A stretch of 64,000 nt of DNA from Syntrophales bacterium (lineage in GTDB: Bacteria; Desulfobacterota; Syntrophia; Syntrophales; UBA5619), in assembly GCA_030654195.1 (NCBI GenBank), contig JAURXV010000008.1, forward strand, positions 93 through 64,092, read 5' to 3'. The translations under genes and the position numbers were made by a program. Of this stretch, positions 54,641-64,000 are shown piece by piece (position 1 is the stretch's first letter; every line of letters begins with the position of its first letter). Below the pieces are notes generated by a model that made no database searches, was not told the origin of the DNA, and saw only the letters and a list, made by a program, of their open reading frames with translations.

Positions 54641-56158
54641 TTAATTACCCTTGAGTATATTTTTCATGACCTTGCCGGCGGCATTTCGAGGAAGCTTATC
54701 CATCATAACAACGATCTTCGGCACCTTGAATCGCGCCAGTCGATCCTTCAAACAATTCAGGATCTCTTCCTCGCTTATCCCTTTGCCAGGCTTCGGAACC
54801 ACAAATGCCTTACCTACCTCACCCCACTTGGGATCACTGATACCAATCACGGCGGCCTCTGAAACATCAGGAAGCTCGTAAATGGCATTTTCCACCTCTG
54901 CGGGATAAACGTTCTCTCCTCCGGATATAAACATATCCTTTTTGCGGTCAACAATGTAAACATCCCCATCCTCGTCCATACGGGCCAGATCACCGGTGTG
55001 GAACCATCCGCCGCTGAAGGCCTCGGCGGTGGCTTCAGGCCTTTCCCAGTAACCTTGCATCACGTTTGGTCCCCTGATTATCAGCTCACCCACGTGGCCG
55101 ACAGGCAGATCCTGCATGTTTTCATCGACAACCCGCACCTCCATGTGAAAGACAGCCCTTCCAATGGAACCGGCTTTTTTGAGAGCCAGGTCCTTCTTTA
55201 AGGTGCAGATGCTGGGAGCTGCCTCGCTCATGCCGAAACCCTGCTGAAGGACCACACCTATGTCATGGTATTGCTTCACCAGGCTAACCGGCAGTGGCGC
55301 ACCCCCACTCATCACAAGGCGGACCTTTCCAAAGGCATGGGGATTGAATCCGGGATGCTGTATCAAAAACAGGAAAATTGCGGGTACCCCGAAAAAAAGC
55401 GTTATCCTTTCCTCTGCAAGCAGGTTCAAGGTCTCAGTGGGATCAAATGTTCGCTGAATGACAACGGTTCCTCCCGCATAGAGAATGGGGAGGGTAAACA
55501 GACCGATTCCTCCGATGTGAAACAAGGGCAGCGTCAGGAGGTCGCGATCATCCTGGGTGAAGCAGATATCCTGATTCAGATTGATTGCGTTCCAGAAGCT
55601 GGCGCCTTGGCTGAGTACGGCGCCTTTGGGTCGCCCCGTGGTTCCTGCCGTATACATAATGATATGCGGGGTATCCAATCCGACTGGTTTATCTGAAATG
55701 GGTTCGTCATCGGGCTGGGCGGCCACTGCCTCTTCATAAGCATTGGTGCCGGGAACATCCCTGTTGCCGAGTACAAGCAGCCGTTTTATCACCGTATGAC
55801 CTTGAAGGGTCGCCACTGTTTCGGTAAATCCAGGTTCGAAAACCAGTGTATCCGTTTCACTGTCCGAAAGGTTGAAGGCCAATTCCGCCGGCGAGAGTCT
55901 CCAGTTCAGGGGGACGAGTATCAACCCCAGCTTTGCCGCAGCAAAGATGACCTCAACATACTCCAGACAGTTATAGGCGAGCATGGCGCACCTGTCGCCC
56001 GGCTTCATGCCTATGGATTGAAAATAGTTGGACAGTCTGTTGACGCGGCTGTTCAGCTCACGATAGGTCAGGCGGCGCAGACCGTCCACGAGTGCTTCCC
56101 GGTCGCCGCTTAAAAACGCCCGTTTTGTGAGCCAGAAACCTATTCCCTGAGCATCCAT
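54641..56158 (-). CDS. AMP-dependent acyl-CoA synthetase/ligase
   Basis: 505 aa. MYTAGTTGRPKGA, GFGMSE, TGDLARMDEDGDVYIVDRKKDMFISGGENVYPAEVE. Confidence 0.9.
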   Translation of the reverse strand: MDAQGIGFWLTKRAFLSGDREALVDGLRRLTYRELNSRVNRLSNYFQSIGMKPGDRCAMLAYNCLEYVEVIFAAAKLGLILVPLNWRLSPAELAFNLSDSETDTLVFEPGFTETVATLQGHTVIKRLLVLGNRDVPGTNAYEEAVAAQPDDEPISDKPVGLDTPHIIMYTAGTTGRPKGAVLSQGASFWNAINLNQDICFTQDDRDLLTLPLFHIGGIGLFTLPILYAGGTVVIQRTFDPTETLNLLAEERITLFFGVPAIFLFLIQHPGFNPHAFGKVRLVMSGGAPLPVSLVKQYHDIGVVLQQGFGMSEAAPSICTLKKDLALKKAGSIGRAVFHMEVRVVDENMQDLPVGHVGELIIRGPNVMQGYWERPEATAEAFSGGWFHTGDLARMDEDGDVYIVDRKKDMFISGGENVYPAEVENAIYELPDVSEAAVIGISDPKWGEVGKAFVVPKPGKGISEEEILNCLKDRLARFKVPKIVVMMDKLPRNAAGKVMKNILKGN

Positions 56159-56190
56159 GATGTTTCCTTCCCCCCTTCGGTATTTCTCTA

Positions 56191-56766
56191 TCAGAGAAAA
56201 ATCTTCTTCATGAGCTTGGCCATGTTTTTGGCAAACTCTGTGACTGTCTGTATCCCCTCGGTATCATCCGCCGCGTCCCGCGCACCCTTCGCGCCGGCAA
56301 CGCCGACGTTCCAATAGGTCGAGCCGGGGACAATCAACCCGTTTATGAAGAACCAGAGCAGAAGCTGTGAGAAGGCAAGATTGTGTCCCGCCCTCCGGGC
56401 CACAGTGATCGGTCCGCCTACCTTGCCCGTTAAGAATTTATCGTTCCAATAGGCAACGAAGGTGGCCCTGGCTAAAAGCGACATCATCTGCGGCACCACG
56501 GAACTGAGATAAACGGGTGATCCCAGGATAATCCCTTCAGCGGTCCTCATCTTTTCCAGGATACCGGCAAAATCGTCACCTTTTATCGTACAGTATCCCT
56601 TCTCCACGCATTCATAGCATCCGGTACAGGGCTTGATTTCCTTATTCATCAGGGAAATCAGTTCGGTCTCAATACCCTCCTGTTCGATGACCTCCAGCCC
56701 AGTGGTGACGTAATGGAGCGTATTGCTTCTTGGCCTCAAGCTTCCCGCTATTCCGATAACCTTCAT
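56191..56766 (-). CDS. flavodoxin-fold FMN reductase / iron-sulfur flavoprotein (Isf)-like
   Basis: 191 aa. MKVIGIAGSLRPRSNT and a compact Cys motif CTGCYECVEKGYC (CX2CX2CX5C). Paralogue of 35664..36230. Confidence 0.75.
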   Translation of the reverse strand: MKVIGIAGSLRPRSNTLHYVTTGLEVIEQEGIETELISLMNKEIKPCTGCYECVEKGYCTIKGDDFAGILEKMRTAEGIILGSPVYLSSVVPQMMSLLARATFVAYWNDKFLTGKVGGPITVARRAGHNLAFSQLLLWFFINGLIVPGSTYWNVGVAGAKGARDAADDTEGIQTVTEFAKNMAKLMKKIFL

Positions 56767-56773
56767 ACAGCCA

Positions 56774-57586
56774 TCACCTTTCGTTATAGACCCATTCCGG
56801 GAGTTTGCTGGTGGTCTTTAAAACACCTGACCTGATCTGTTGGCACATCAAACTTACAAAGAAGTCGGAAGAAAAACACCCTTTGAACTCCTGGCTTTCA
56901 TTTTGAAGTCCATCAGAAAAGGGCAACCATTGAGAGGCGCGCAAGGCCCTCTTCGCATGGGTGAGGGCATGCCGAGGGTTGGCAAGCACCGGTTTTAAAA
57001 ACTCCTGCGTTTCAGCAATGAGTTTTTCTCCCGGAACGGTGCGGTGGATCAGGCCGAGATCCCGGGCATCTTTCGCCTGGTAGAGCTTCCCGCTTAGGAT
57101 CATCTCCATGGCCCGGCCCATACCGACTACCCGGGGCAGACGTTGGGTCCCGCCCCCTCCCGGGATAATGCCGACCTTTACCTCCGGAAGGCCGATACGG
57201 GCGGAGTCGCTGGCGATGCGGAAATCACAGGCCAGGGAAAACTCCAAGCCCCCACCGAAACAAAGCCCGTTGATGGCGGCCACCAGGATGAGCGGACTCT
57301 CCTCCATGCGGTTGAAGAGTTCCTGAATCCGTACGGAAAAGGCCAAGGCCCCTTCAGGATCGCACTGCATCATCTCGATGCCGTCTGCGCCGCCGATAAA
57401 GTGGGTTTCTCCGCTCCCGGTAAAGACCATCGCCCTGATGGCAGTCTGCTCCACCTCCTCAAGTACCTGAGTAATCTCTCCCATCAGGGCTGTATTGATG
57501 GAGTTCCGGTCGTGGGGACGATTGATGGCAACCCAGCAGACATCATCCTGGCTTTCCGCAAGAATCAGGGAATATTCTTTTTTCAT
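56774..57586 (-). CDS. enoyl-CoA hydratase/isomerase (crotonase) family protein
   Basis: 270 aa. [23 protein letters not shown] and [20 protein letters not shown]. Confidence 0.9.
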   Translation of the reverse strand: MKKEYSLILAESQDDVCWVAINRPHDRNSINTALMGEITQVLEEVEQTAIRAMVFTGSGETHFIGGADGIEMMQCDPEGALAFSVRIQELFNRMEESPLILVAAINGLCFGGGLEFSLACDFRIASDSARIGLPEVKVGIIPGGGGTQRLPRVVGMGRAMEMILSGKLYQAKDARDLGLIHRTVPGEKLIAETQEFLKPVLANPRHALTHAKRALRASQWLPFSDGLQNESQEFKGCFSSDFFVSLMCQQIRSGVLKTTSKLPEWVYNER

Positions 57587-57600
57587 GCTATCTCTCTCAT

Positions 57601-58347
57601 TTAAATTACCCAGCCGCCATTGGGGCTAATAATCTGACCCGTAAAAAAGTCCGCCTCGCGAGAGGCCAGAAACGAGACCACCCCGGCGATTTCGCTGGCC
57701 TCTCCCAAACGCTTCAAGGGAGTTCTCTTGAGAACATAATCCGTAAAGCCTTCCGGGAGGTGATCCAGCATGGCGGTATCTATATAACCGGGGGCCACTA
57801 CATTGACTCTGATGTTGTATTTGGCCACTTCCTGAGCCAAGGTCTTTCCCAACATGTTGACCCCGCCTTTGGAGGCGCTATAATGAAGCGATCCCGGTGT
57901 TGGTGTCAGCGAGGCGACGGAACTGAATAAGATAATGCGTCCTGTCCGGTGTTTCTTCATCCACCGGACCGCCTCCCGACAGCAGTAAAACATGCCGTCA
58001 AGGTTTACGGCGATCACCTTTCGCCATTCTTCATCGTCCATATCCTCGATGAACATGGTTCTGCCCAGGATACCTGCCGTGTGGACCATGAGATCCAGTC
58101 GATCAACACGCTCCTGAAGCTTGCAGAAGAGTTCGGCAACGGACGCACTCCTGGAAATGTCCACATGAAATGCTTCGGCCACACCGTCCATTTTCTCAAT
58201 AGTGCCCACGGCATCTTTTGCAGCATCCATGTTGCTGTCGGCTACAAAGACCCGGATTCCCGATCGGCCCAGAACCTCGGCAGACGCGCGCCCCATTCCC
58301 GAAGCGCCGCCGACAACAAGGGCTGTTGATACATCCATTGTTTTCAT
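57601..58347 (-). CDS. SDR-family oxidoreductase (FabG-like)
   Basis: 248 aa. VVGGASGMGRA, YSASKGG, PGYIDT. Confidence 0.85.
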   Translation of the reverse strand: MKTMDVSTALVVGGASGMGRASAEVLGRSGIRVFVADSNMDAAKDAVGTIEKMDGVAEAFHVDISRSASVAELFCKLQERVDRLDLMVHTAGILGRTMFIEDMDDEEWRKVIAVNLDGMFYCCREAVRWMKKHRTGRIILFSSVASLTPTPGSLHYSASKGGVNMLGKTLAQEVAKYNIRVNVVAPGYIDTAMLDHLPEGFTDYVLKRTPLKRLGEASEIAGVVSFLASREADFFTGQIISPNGGWVI

Positions 58348-59109
58348 CTAAATATCCCGTTGTTTCTCATAAACCCGGGCAGGTTTTTTTGTCGGAAATA
58401 CCACAAGGCGTTCTGAGTCAAGTTGTGCAATGATGCCTGCGGCGACCTCATCGGCCGTGTCCATAACACTGCGGTATTTTTCTATCTCAGGCGCCATGTC
58501 GTCGGCGCCGACGGAAACGCCGAAAAAATCGGTTGACGTGATATGAGGACATATGGCCAATACACGGATACCGGTACCTGCGAGATCTTTTGCCAAACCG
58601 CGGGAAAAGCCGACCAGGGCATGCTTGCTGGCCACATAGGGAGTTACCTTGGTGGAGTGAGCGATAAGCCCGCCAATGGAAGCGATATTTATAATGATAC
58701 CCTGCCTCTGAGGCAGCATGATGCCCAGTGCATCTTTGGTGAGCAATACGGCGGAAAAGAAGTTTATTTCAAAAAGACGCCGCCATTCTTCTTCGGTGGT
58801 GTCGGAGAATTTGCCGTAGAGCCCGGCTCCGGCGTTGTTGACCAGGATATCAAGACGCCGCCATCGGTCCAGGGTTCGTTCAATGATGGATCGACGGCCA
58901 TTGGGGTCGGTCACATCCGCCGCCACGATGAGGTTTTCACTGGGACAATCGGCTGCTATCTGTTTTAGCCTGTCTTCTCTGCGGGCCGCAAGCGCCACCC
59001 GGGCGCCGACTTTGGAAAAGGCCTTTGCCAAAGCGGCGCCAATCCCGGAACTGGCTCCGGTAATTACCACAATTTTTCCCTGAAGATTGGCCAAAGTCAT
59101 ATCCCCCAC
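58348..59109 (-). CDS. SDR-family oxidoreductase
   Basis: 253 aa. ITGASSGIGAALA, NNAG, YVASKHA. The stop abuts the next SDR start. Confidence 0.85.
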   Translation of the reverse strand: MGDMTLANLQGKIVVITGASSGIGAALAKAFSKVGARVALAARREDRLKQIAADCPSENLIVAADVTDPNGRRSIIERTLDRWRRLDILVNNAGAGLYGKFSDTTEEEWRRLFEINFFSAVLLTKDALGIMLPQRQGIIINIASIGGLIAHSTKVTPYVASKHALVGFSRGLAKDLAGTGIRVLAICPHITSTDFFGVSVGADDMAPEIEKYRSVMDTADEVAAGIIAQLDSERLVVFPTKKPARVYEKQRDI

Positions 59110-59194
59110 CTAAATTATAGCAAACGACAATAATTAGTAGACAAACACTTTGTTCTTTGATATACTGCCTTCCAAAAATATCGGGAGGTGCCAT

Positions 59195-60236
59195 ATGAAA
59201 GCGCTGACGTTAAGTCACCCCTCTTTAACCAGAGAGATTCTGCTGCGCAAAGCGGATGAGACGCCGGGGGCATGGATCGGTATCCGCATTGCGGGTTTGC
59301 TGTTGATTCTTTCGGGCTGGAAATCAACTCAGGTCGCAGAATTGTTCGGTTTGACCCGTTGGGCGGTGGTAAAGTGGATCCGGAAAGCGAATTCTGACGG
59401 CGTAGAGACGGTAACGGATCGTGCTCGTTCCGGGCGCCCCCCTCGCCTTGATGAGGATGTGCTGGATAAGCTGGATGAGGCTTTATCGAAATCCCCCCAG
59501 GATTTCGGAATTCCCAGGGCGAAATGGGACGGTGTGGTTTTTGTGGAATATCTAAAGAAGGCATATCATGTCGAGATTCATGTTCGTCATGCCCAGAGAC
59601 TGATAAAGAAATTGGGATATTCGCTAAGACGGCCGATGTACCGTTTTGTTCAGGCCAAAGAAGAAGGGGTGGAAGAATTTCGGGAGACATTAAAAAAAAC
59701 TCCGGACGGCTCTGAAAAGCAAGAGTAATCGAGTGGTTCTTTTTGAGGATGAAACGGGGTTTTCTCTGCATCCGAAACTGGGGAGAATATGGGCGAAGAG
59801 GGGGAGTCGACCTTTTGTATATACCCGGAGTCAGCATCAGAAGCGGCTGAATATCTTTGGATGGGTGGATCTCATCCAGGGATCGCATGGAATCACGAAG
59901 TGGATCAGCGGAAATACCGATGGGTTCATTCAGGTTCTGCGGAAGATTATTCATCGCTTCAAAGGAAAGACCATCGATCTTTGGGTGGACAATGCGCGAT
60001 GGCATAAATGTGCAAGAGTGGAGGAGTTTATTATTGAGCATTCTTTCTTGCATATCCATTATTTGCCGCCCTATCATCCTGAACTGAATTATCAGGAGCG
60101 CCTATGGCACGCCATGAGATACGAGGAAACGACCAATGTCTATTTCGAAACGATCTCCGACCTCGATCATGCCGTTTTCAAAAGATCGCAACGCTGGAAA
60201 CCAAAAAAGATAAAAGAACTATGTCAAATTATTTAG
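59195..60236 (+). CDS. IS630-family transposase (orfA 59195..59728 plus orfB frame 59694..60236, joined by a +1 shift at the A8 run)
   Basis: GGGAGG RBS before ATG 59195. orfA carries HTH regions. orfB reads VVLFEDETGF...DLWVDNARWH...YHPELNYQERLW (DDE). The orfB frame is open from 59694, i.e. from within the A8 run. Confidence 0.8.
59692..59699 (+). promoter_or_regulatory. A8 slippery run: candidate programmed frameshift / transcriptional slippage site
   Basis: TTAAAAAAAAC. Loss of one A in the mRNA, or a +1 shift, fuses ...ETLKK to LRTALKSKSNRVVLFEDE. Confidence 0.5.
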
Positions 60237-60368
60237 GTCGTTTGCTATACCTTATTTCAGCCCAATAAGACCCTGATTGTGAGAGTCAGGAACGGAAGAC
60301 AAGCCTTTCGTTGAACGCCTTGCGTTTGATTTGGACCTCTTTTTCTTACCCTCGGCATGGACAGATTC

Positions 60369-61142
60369 TTATGCCTTTCGAACCTCCGCGAGGAGGCGAC
60401 CCACCCGGTCGAAGTCCTTCCGGAAACGGACAGGCCGCCCCCGGTTGTCGCGGGCGTTGGTCTGCGTGCAACTGTCGATTCCCGCGGGCCGGACCCGGCC
60501 GACGGCGTCGCGGACGTTCTCCGGGGAAATCCCCCCGGCCAGGATCACGGGGACGCGGCTCGCCTCGACAAGCTGGGCGGCCAGATCCCAGTCGCAGACC
60601 TCTCCGGTAATGCCGACGTAACCGGCCACGGGCTGGACGGCGCCCTCTCCTCCATATCCCCGGAGGGTGTCCGTCATGAAGCCGTCGGTGTACGGCTCCA
60701 GTGTGCGGGCGATCTCCAGGATCGCCTCGCGAACGGGGGCGGAATCGGTTAGCCCCGGCTCGGGAATGGGGATGGAGCGGGTGATTCCGAGCAGCGGGAA
60801 CTCCTTTTTCACGCGTTTCTGGACGCGGATCGCCTCTGCGCAGATGGCGTCCCGCTGCGCACTTTTTACCGGATCGAGCGGGATCCACTCGCAGAAATGG
60901 ACGAAATCGGGTTGATGGTAGTCCAGCGCGCGGAGGATGTCGTCTTCCCGCGCGAGGATAGGGATCAGGCTGCTTTTCGCCCCTGAGCCGCGGACCAGGC
61001 GGACGACCTCCCGCACGGAGGGGGCCTTCAACATATCCGGCGAGAGGATCACGCTCCCGATGCGATCCACCCCCATCTCGATCAGCCGCTCCGCCACCCG
61101 CGGCTCCTGGATTTCGTAAATCTGCACGATGATCCGTTTCAT
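60369..61142 (-). CDS. TIM-barrel protein, phosphoribosylanthranilate isomerase (TrpF)-like family
   Basis: Frame of ORF 60369..61172, start at ATG 61142 (MKRIIVQIYEIQ). C-terminal VILAGGISPENV...GIDSCTQTN resembles the TrpF phosphate-binding end. Assignment is tentative. Confidence 0.45.
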   Translation of the reverse strand: MKRIIVQIYEIQEPRVAERLIEMGVDRIGSVILSPDMLKAPSVREVVRLVRGSGAKSSLIPILAREDDILRALDYHQPDFVHFCEWIPLDPVKSAQRDAICAEAIRVQKRVKKEFPLLGITRSIPIPEPGLTDSAPVREAILEIARTLEPYTDGFMTDTLRGYGGEGAVQPVAGYVGITGEVCDWDLAAQLVEASRVPVILAGGISPENVRDAVGRVRPAGIDSCTQTNARDNRGRPVRFRKDFDRVGRLLAEVRKA

Positions 61143-61366
61143 GACAGGTTCCCTTAATCCGTTTGAGGTCATTGCGGTCCACCATAGGGAAGCCCCCTCG
61201 GAATGTCAATCGGAATCACTTTTACGCCCTCCTTCCCCCTTTCTTTCCCTTGCATTTCCGGCGGTCTGTGTTACATAACCGGCAGCCCCGCCGGGTCAGA
61301 ACCCGTGGACGGCGGAAAGCAGAATCGCACTTTTTTTTGGAAAAAATCCGCGAGTGAAATGAATCC

Positions 61367-62638
61367 ATGAAGAACTGGATGCGGCAAAGCAAGATCCTGA
61401 TCACCTGCCCCAAGGGTATTCCCCCCTGGCTTGCCGGGGAGCTCCGCGCCCTCGGCTTTCCCGTCCTCGCGGAGGGGGAGGCGGCCGTCGAGACGGAGGG
61501 GATGCTCGCCGACACGATGCGGCTGAACCTCCATCTCCGGACGGGCCACCGGATCCTTTTCCATATCGCGGCCTTCCCGGCGGAGAATCCGGACGGCCTC
61601 TACCGCGGCCTGCGGGAACTCCCGTGGGAGGAGATTCTCCACGCAAGGGGAGAGCACGCCTACCTCTGTCTCACCTCGACGGCGGACACCCCGACGATCA
61701 ACGACGCCCGGTTCGTCAACCTAAAAGCGAAGGACGCGATCGTCGACCGGATGCAAGAAAAATGCGGCCTGCGGCCCGACTCCGGTCCCGACCGGGACCG
61801 GGCGGTCGTCCACGTCTATTGGAAGGGAAGCGAGGTCGCGGTCTACCTCGACACCTCCGGTGAGCCCCTCTCCCGGCGGGGTTATCGGAAGATCCCGCTT
61901 GCGGCGCCGATGCAGGAGACCCTCGCCGCGGCAGTGATCCTTGCGACCGGCTGGAACGGCAGGGGAGGCTTCGTCAATCCGATGTGCGGGAGCGGGACGC
62001 TCGCGATCGAGGCCGCACTCTTCGCCAAGGGCAAGGCGCCGGGCCTCCTCCGGAGCAACTACGGCTTCATCCATTTGCAGGGTTTCGACCCGGCCGCCTG
62101 GCGTGCGCTCCGGGCGGCGGCGCACGAGGCGGGAAAGGAGACGGCGGCAAGGATCATCGCCACGGATATCAACCCGGAGGCGGTCGCCGCGGCGAGACAG
62201 AACGCCCGGACCGCCGGCGTGGAACGGCGAATCGAATTTTCCGTCTGCCCCTTCAACGAGACGCCAATCCCGGAGCGGGGCGGCATCGTCGTCCTCAACC
62301 CCCCCTACGGCGAACGGACCGGCGATCTCCCAAGTTTGATCGGCCTCTACCGGGAGATCGGAGATTTCTTCAAGCAGCGGTGCGGCGGATACCGCGGCTA
62401 CATCTTCACCGGGAACGCCGCCCTGGGAAAATCGGTCGGCCTCCGGACGAAAAGGCGAATCCCTTTTTTCAACAGCGCGATCGAGTGCCGGCTTCTGGAG
62501 TACGAGCTCTACGAGGGCAGCCGCCGGAAAGAAAAAGAAGCCGGCGGGGCAAAGATGCAGGCGCTTTCGGAGGCGGCGAAAATCATTCCGGATGTTGATG
62601 AAAGAATGGGACGGGTTTTGTCCGATTCGATAAAGTAA
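61367..62638 (+). CDS. THUMP-domain class I SAM-dependent RNA methyltransferase (RlmL/RlmK N-terminal-like)
   Basis: 423 aa. PMCGSGTLAIEAA and VLNPPYGER (N-methyltransferase NPPY motif), with a THUMP-like N-terminal half. Confidence 0.8.
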   Translation: MKNWMRQSKILITCPKGIPPWLAGELRALGFPVLAEGEAAVETEGMLADTMRLNLHLRTGHRILFHIAAFPAENPDGLYRGLRELPWEEILHARGEHAYLCLTSTADTPTINDARFVNLKAKDAIVDRMQEKCGLRPDSGPDRDRAVVHVYWKGSEVAVYLDTSGEPLSRRGYRKIPLAAPMQETLAAAVILATGWNGRGGFVNPMCGSGTLAIEAALFAKGKAPGLLRSNYGFIHLQGFDPAAWRALRAAAHEAGKETAARIIATDINPEAVAAARQNARTAGVERRIEFSVCPFNETPIPERGGIVVLNPPYGERTGDLPSLIGLYREIGDFFKQRCGGYRGYIFTGNAALGKSVGLRTKRRIPFFNSAIECRLLEYELYEGSRRKEKEAGGAKMQALSEAAKIIPDVDERMGRVLSDSIK

Positions 62639-62661
62639 TACCCGGACGGGAGGGATGGGAA

Positions 62662-64000
62662 ATGATCACAGAAGAGATCAAACAGGAAATCCGCGCCATC
62701 GTGGGACCGGACCACGTCCTCGATTCCGAGCTGACCCGCTTCGGCTATTCCTACGACGCCTCCTTTGTGCCGCTTCTGCCGGCCAGCAAACCCGACCTGG
62801 TCGTCCGGCCGTTGACCACCGATGAGGTGTCTCGGGTCATGGCCGTAGCCTGCGAGCATGAAATCCCCGTCACACCAAGGGGCGCCGCGAGCGGCCGCAC
62901 CGGCGGCAGCATTCCGCTTAAGGGCGGCATCTCCCTCGCCCTCGACCGCATGACGCGGATCATCGAGCTCGACGAGCGGAACATGATGGTGACGGCGGAG
63001 GCCGGGGTCCGCACGATTGACCTCTACAACCACTGCGCCGAAAAGGGGCTCTTCTTTCCACCCGACCCGGCGAGCTGGAAATTCTCCACCATCGGCGGCA
63101 ACGTGGCGGAAAACGCCGGCGGAATGAGGGCCGTCAAATACGGCGTGACGAAGAACTACGTCATGGGGCTGGAGGTGGTTCTGGCCGACGGCGCGATCCT
63201 CCGGACCGGCGGCAAGGCGATCAAGAACGTGACCGGCTATGATCTGACGAGCCTCTTCACCGGTTCCGAGGGCACCCTCGGCGTCATCACCCGGGCCCTC
63301 TTCCGGCTGATCCCGATGCCGAAGCGGCGCGGCACACTGCAGGTGATGTTCCGCACCCTCGACGACGGCTGCCGGACCATCCACACGGTGCTTCAGTCAG
63401 GCGCCGTACCGGCCGCGGCCGAGATCATGGACAGGACCTGCCTGGAGGTCGTGTCGCGCCACCGCAAGACGGAACTCGATCCGGAGGTCGGCGCCTGCAT
63501 CATCATCGAAATCGATGGCGACGACGACGCGGCCCTCGAAACCCAGACGAAACGGATCGGGGAAGCGGCGAAGGCGTGCGGCGCCGTCGCGTTCCGCGCG
63601 GCCCGGTCGGAGCAAGAGGCGGACGACATCTGGGCCGTCCGGCGGGGGCTCAGTTCCGCTGTGGCCGCCCTCGCGCCGAACCGTATCGGCGAAGACATCT
63701 CGGTCCCCCGCGACGCCTTCCCGGAGGTGGTGCGCCGCATCGCAGAGATCTCCGAAAAACATCGGCTCCCGATCGCCGTGTACGGCCACGCCGGCGACGG
63801 CAACATCCATCCCTCCATCCTGTGCGACCTGGGCAAACCGGGCGAGGCGGAGCTGGTCCATCAGGCGGTCGACGACATCTTTGCCGCGGCCCTGGACGTC
63901 GGCGGAACACTCTCCGGCGAGCACGGCATCGGCATCACCAAGCGGCCTTACATCGCCAACGCCTTGGGCGACGTGGGCGTCCGGACCCTCAAGGCCGTCA
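62662..64000 (+). CDS. FAD-binding oxidoreductase, GlcD / D-lactate dehydrogenase family (3' partial, runs off the window)
   Basis: Open frame from ATG 62662 (GGGAGGG RBS) to the window end, so it is not in the ORF track. PRGAASGRTGGS, TIGGNVAENAGGMRAVKYG, GYDLTSLFTGSEGTLGVIT, HAGDGNIHP, GGTLSGEHGIG. Confidence 0.85.
   Translation, partial: MITEEIKQEIRAIVGPDHVLDSELTRFGYSYDASFVPLLPASKPDLVVRPLTTDEVSRVMAVACEHEIPVTPRGAASGRTGGSIPLKGGISLALDRMTRIIELDERNMMVTAEAGVRTIDLYNHCAEKGLFFPPDPASWKFSTIGGNVAENAGGMRAVKYGVTKNYVMGLEVVLADGAILRTGGKAIKNVTGYDLTSLFTGSEGTLGVITRALFRLIPMPKRRGTLQVMFRTLDDGCRTIHTVLQSGAVPAAAEIMDRTCLEVVSRHRKTELDPEVGACIIIEIDGDDDAALETQTKRIGEAAKACGAVAFRAARSEQEADDIWAVRRGLSSAVAALAPNRIGEDISVPRDAFPEVVRRIAEISEKHRLPIAVYGHAGDGNIHPSILCDLGKPGEAELVHQAVDDIFAAALDVGGTLSGEHGIGITKRPYIANALGDVGVRTLKAV

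Larger units (their letters stand above)
59118..60247 (+). mobile_element. IS630-family insertion sequence (about 1.13 kb) with TA target duplication
   Basis: Terminal inverted repeats TAGCAAACGAC (59118-59128) / GTCGTTTGCTA (60237-60247), each flanked by TA (59116-59117 and 60248-60249). Encodes a two-frame DDE transposase. Confidence 0.85.

Noticed and set aside
59115-60077. 320-aa minus-strand ORF
   Set aside because: It is antisense to the IS630 transposase frames, which carry HTH and DDE motifs.
60346-61209. 287-aa alternative-frame minus-strand ORF and several Arg/Pro/Gly-rich plus-strand ORFs
   Set aside because: They overlap the TrpF-like frame (60369..61142), which has an ordinary TIM-barrel-like composition. 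The alternatives are low-complexity shadow frames.
62509-63924. Minus-strand ORFs 62509..63384, 63393..63836 and 63397..63924
   Set aside because: They are antisense to the open GlcD-like frame, which shows FAD-binding PCMH motifs through to the window end.

Overview
64-kb chromosomal window from a fairly GC-rich bacterium. Hand counts of single 60-nt lines give 37/60 G+C in the RND gene and 33/60 in an acyl-CoA ligase gene. Gene content looks like an anaerobic Desulfobacterota/Syntrophia-type organism; that placement is inference only. Coding density is high and I found no rRNA, tRNA or CRISPR array. Main blocks, in order: (1) acyl-CoA dehydrogenase, a LysM protein and a PP-loop ATPase. (2) A minus-strand efflux operon: tetR, two tandem tolC, MFP, RND, a P-II-like gene and a UGPase-fold gene. 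(3) A decayed accessory patch: internally deleted dehydrogenase pseudogene, two transposase remnants, a class-C-type serine hydrolase lipoprotein, a palindromic repeat and an orphan HicB-like gene. (4) A complex I operon, nuoABCD-[NuoF C-terminus::GltD-like flavoprotein]-nuoGHIJKLMN, with no nuoE or canonical nuoF in the window. The nuoG 3' end carries in-frame 27-nt palindromes. (5) HD-GYP, OmpA-like and rlmN genes. (6) A lower-GC redox island: an Isf-like flavoprotein, a small glutaredoxin-like gene with an in-frame TGA at the first CxxC position (candidate selenoprotein, absent from the ORF track), Tat-dependent selenocysteine formate dehydrogenase fdhAB, fdhE, a periplasmic peroxiredoxin and a TlpA-like thioredoxin, ending in ApbE and response-regulator remnants. 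(7) bamD and trxA. (8) A long minus-strand acid-activation/beta-oxidation-like cluster: SDRs, enoyl-CoA hydratase, an Isf-like flavoprotein, two AMP-ligases, an AT-rich LivKHMGF transporter, a KASIII-like pair and an alpha/beta hydrolase. (9) An IS630 element with an A8 slippage site. (10) TrpF-like, THUMP methyltransferase and partial GlcD-like genes. The observations I rate most worth follow-up are the unannotated UxxC glutaredoxin-like selenoprotein candidate, the non-canonical electron-input module of complex I, and two families of small palindromic/IR-flanked elements, one of them inserted in frame in nuoG.
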